This document shows, piece after piece, positions 61,049 to 64,000 of a stretch of 64,000 bases of DNA. Under the pieces are notes generated by a model. That model saw nothing but the letters and a program-made list of their open reading frames with translations, searched no databases and had not been told where the DNA came from. Position 1 is the first letter of the stretch. Each line of letters begins with the position of its first letter. Source of the stretch: Eremomyces bilateralis CBS 781.70 (taxonomy: Eukaryota); NCBI GenBank assembly GCA_010015585.1, contig ML975158.1; one strand, 5' to 3'. The translations under genes were made by a program, and so were the position numbers.

Positions 61049-61942
61049 GAACATGGAGGTTATGGGCCAAGGAAATACTTGAGGGATATAATGATGGAGT
61101 ATCTGTGTTACATGGCGGCGTTGGAATGCATCCGTATAACAGTGAACCAGTGGGATTTCTTGCTCAGGTATCATAATTACAGAATAGTTCGGTAGATGGA
61201 TGTAATTGTCTTGTGGACTTGGATATGATATTGCATGGTTTTTAGATCAGTGAGATCCCTGGTACCGCTCTTCTGGTGATCGTCCTGGTGCAGTGGCGTG
61301 TTTCGTTGGAACTTAGAGCGATTTATAACATTACCGGATCAGCAGATTCATGCAAACCTCCATTTCTTTCCTTACCGTGCTAGAGACCGGTTCCCTTTAT
61401 CCCACCACAGTACGTGGTTTGGGATCTGATATCTTGACTTCTCAGCTCAGGGGCAGCAGTTAACTTTGTCGCCACTACAAATGGCTATCGAGTCCCGGTT
61501 CCTAATTTTAATACTAGTGGTTTCTTACCGGAGCAGAGGCCAGATCGAGTTATGACTCATATGCTTAATGATTAAGTCGCAGCTCAAACGCAGGCGATAA
61601 ATTGCAGCGAAGTCAAGATACGTTTATGGCCCCTTAGCCCTCTTCGAGGGTTTAGGTGCTTATACCCTGAATTCCTCTGTTAATGAGATATATCGTGTCG
61701 TGCCACAAGCTTGTACGACGGATGGCTCTCGCCATGTCGGACCTATATATTCTCTAAGGCATGTTGCATTTCTTCTTCAGACGCAACCAGTGCATCGTTC
61801 TACCATCCATACAGTCCGTGAAAGAGAACTGGCAATACATCGGGCATCCAGACTGGTGTTTAATGCCTCGAGGTTTTGGTTATGGCAAAGACTAATAGCA
61901 GGATTGACCCGTGGACTCGATCTGAGAGTGTCACTTCCACAA

Positions 61943-63840
61943 TTACTTCCCGTTCCCCGACTCACAAACCTCAATGGCATATTTTTGATCTTTGTCATTC
62001 CCCGATGCCGGTCGAAAAGCAATGTGTATATTCTCCAAAGATTCCGGAAGAGGATTAGCACCATCCGTGTCCGAGCCTCGGATAATCTTATCCAGATCAG
62101 GGTTACGAGACGTCCTGATCACGGTCGAAAATGCATTGGAATATGATCGTCTAGTCCTGAACATGGGTCGAGCGCCAATGATGTTTCCTAGAAAAGCCAT
62201 GCCGCCACAGATAACATAGGCTATGACGAGGTTCCGAGGTTCGTATTTGTATACGTTCTCGGACTTCCAATTGGTGACCATGACCGGGTTTGAATTGGTT
62301 TGCCTATTGAATTTTGATGTCAGATAATGCCTGAGACCATTATGCGCAGTAAATCTCGACTTACGTGAACGCCGCTTTGCTGAAAAGACCTAAAGTTATG
62401 TTCCTGGTCAGTTGTTCGACGCCGTATATAAACGTCGCATTTTTGGCGTTGAGACTGGTTCCAGTAATTTTTTCGCCCTGTGTATATTTGCCAGACTCTT
62501 CTGTATAAACCATGAATGCAGCGGCCAGAGCATTGGTTGGTCCGTAGATGCCTTCAAGCCAGCCACCAATCTGATATCCTAATGAATGCATCACTGCTTG
62601 ATAGTTCATGATCACTCGCTTGCTCTCATCGTAGGTACGGTGGTCCGGTCCGAGTCCGAGTTCAAGACTGTTCACGGCAGTGACTTCGTTCAGGACCGTT
62701 TCATTTCTTACCGCCAGCGTCTGAACCCCGCTGTCGAATGTGAACTCAACTGTATATGAAGAGTTATGCAAGCGGCAGTCAGACACCACATCACCAGTTT
62801 CCCAGGGTCCGGTCTCGTAGTGGTCTCCTGGTCGAAGAATATAAATTCGTGTGCCCACTCTTTGTCTGTCCACATCCAAGCCTGTGTTATTCATGCCCAG
62901 GAACTTGTAGAACACATCTTCAGCAGAGCATCCAGCGATACCCTGATCCCAATAATGGACATTATTTAAATTTCGAAACTGATCTTCGAATGATACTGAA
63001 TCGTTTAGCGGAGCCGAAGCGTAATATGAGATATTTCCTGCACGTCCCACATCTGAATAATTTAGTCGGACAGGGAAGGGGTGGCAATGGAGAGAGGGAC
63101 CGTAAAACTCGAGAATATAGGAAGAATTGTTGAACGGGGGTTCGATACGGGGGATATGGCCAGAGTATGCCACAATTGTGGACAATCCCAGGAGTAATCG
63201 ACTTGGCACGGCGTATTTTTCGGAGGTATCGTAGGACATTTCAACAAAACATTTGCTGTTGAAGTCTACTTGTGGGACTATCGCCGGGACTCTATCAGCA
63301 ACACCAATGGAGACAACTGTAAGTGTAGGTGGCGCAGTAATCACTGCGAAAGGGAGAAACCTTCTGCAGTCAGTCAATGTCGTCAGGAGAGTGCAAATCG
63401 GTACGCTGCCAGTGGACGACTGCCAAAAAGACCAAAAGGGGACTGAACTTCCAGAGCCTGTAACTGAAGAAGCCCATGGGGTTGGACGTTATATCAAACA
63501 AACTATCCGCAACACTAAGTTTGACAGGTTCTCGGTTGGTCTTGAGGCCATCCCAAAAGCACTGAATAATGGCAATGCTTATTGAAAGCGAGAGCAGAAT
63601 TCGAACGAGAAACGCGAGCGCGGTTCCAACTCGACTGACCCACTCCTGAGTTACTCCCGTGCCAACTATAACACCATCCATATATGAGTAAAAGCCATGA
63701 TGGATACAAGCGACGATGATGCCTGCGGCCAAACTTCCGACCATCAACGTCGGCTGCTGCCAGTGTATCTTCCCCGTCTTTTGTGGATGCTCACTTAGCA
63801 GGAAGTTCAATGAGGAAGGTGGAGTCGCTGGAGGTTCCAT
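61943..63840 (-). CDS. Fungal membrane glycoprotein of unknown function (N-terminal TM helices, luminal domain, C-terminal TM)
   Basis: Three ORF pieces (63840-~63410, ~63357-62365, 62303-61943). Motifs HHGFYSYMDG, VGTALAFLV, FYGPSLHC and YSNAFSTVIRTSRN, with many N-x-S/T sites. The first splice junction is uncertain. Confidence 0.7.
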
Positions 63841-64000
63841 TTTCTCATATCAACGACGAGGTCAATGACTATGCGAAGGGCAGTTGAACATTGGATTGAG
63901 GAAGCTGACGCTTGCTTCGAAGGATCGTCATCATTAAATCTCTTCCGACGCCCAGTGAACCTGAGCTATACGACACAAACTGCTTCAGCGTCCCTTACCA

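Noticed and set aside
61631..61657. Short hairpin (ccctc-ttc-gaggg) resembling a bacterial or phage terminator
   Set aside because: Short stem in a eukaryotic intergenic region; expected by chance.

Overview
Genomic DNA from a filamentous ascomycete (Pezizomycotina, probably Eurotiomycetes), with short GT-AG introns and CTRAC branch points. Bases 1-25 kb hold a complete five-gene galactosaminogalactan (GAG) exopolysaccharide cluster in the Aspergillus fumigatus order: gtb3 (GT4, runs off the left edge), agd3, ega3, sph3, uge3. A 5.5 kb apparently decayed gap lies inside it. Next come two divergent, damaged HET-domain genes and a housekeeping block: ALG13, mitochondrial calcium uniporter, GGCT/AIG2-like protein, IQ-HECT E3 ligase, amino-acid permease, PTH11-like protein, GNAT, an uncharacterised coiled-coil protein, myosin I, an intracellular GH3 beta-glucosidase and a membrane protein of unknown function. 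The most notable observations are: (1) the coiled-coil protein carries a CC1-box-like motif (ERDLLTAAELGQ-DLL) and could be a BICDR/TRAK/HAP1-type dynein adaptor in a fungus; (2) the MCU selectivity filter reads WEFMEP instead of WDxxEP and sits on a 20-nt microexon; (3) the Gtb3 N-terminus looks like a degenerate PelA-type hydrolase barrel; (4) an exact SomA-type motif lies upstream of agd3. All calls were made by eye without database searches, and exon boundaries are inferred from splice signals and frame continuity.
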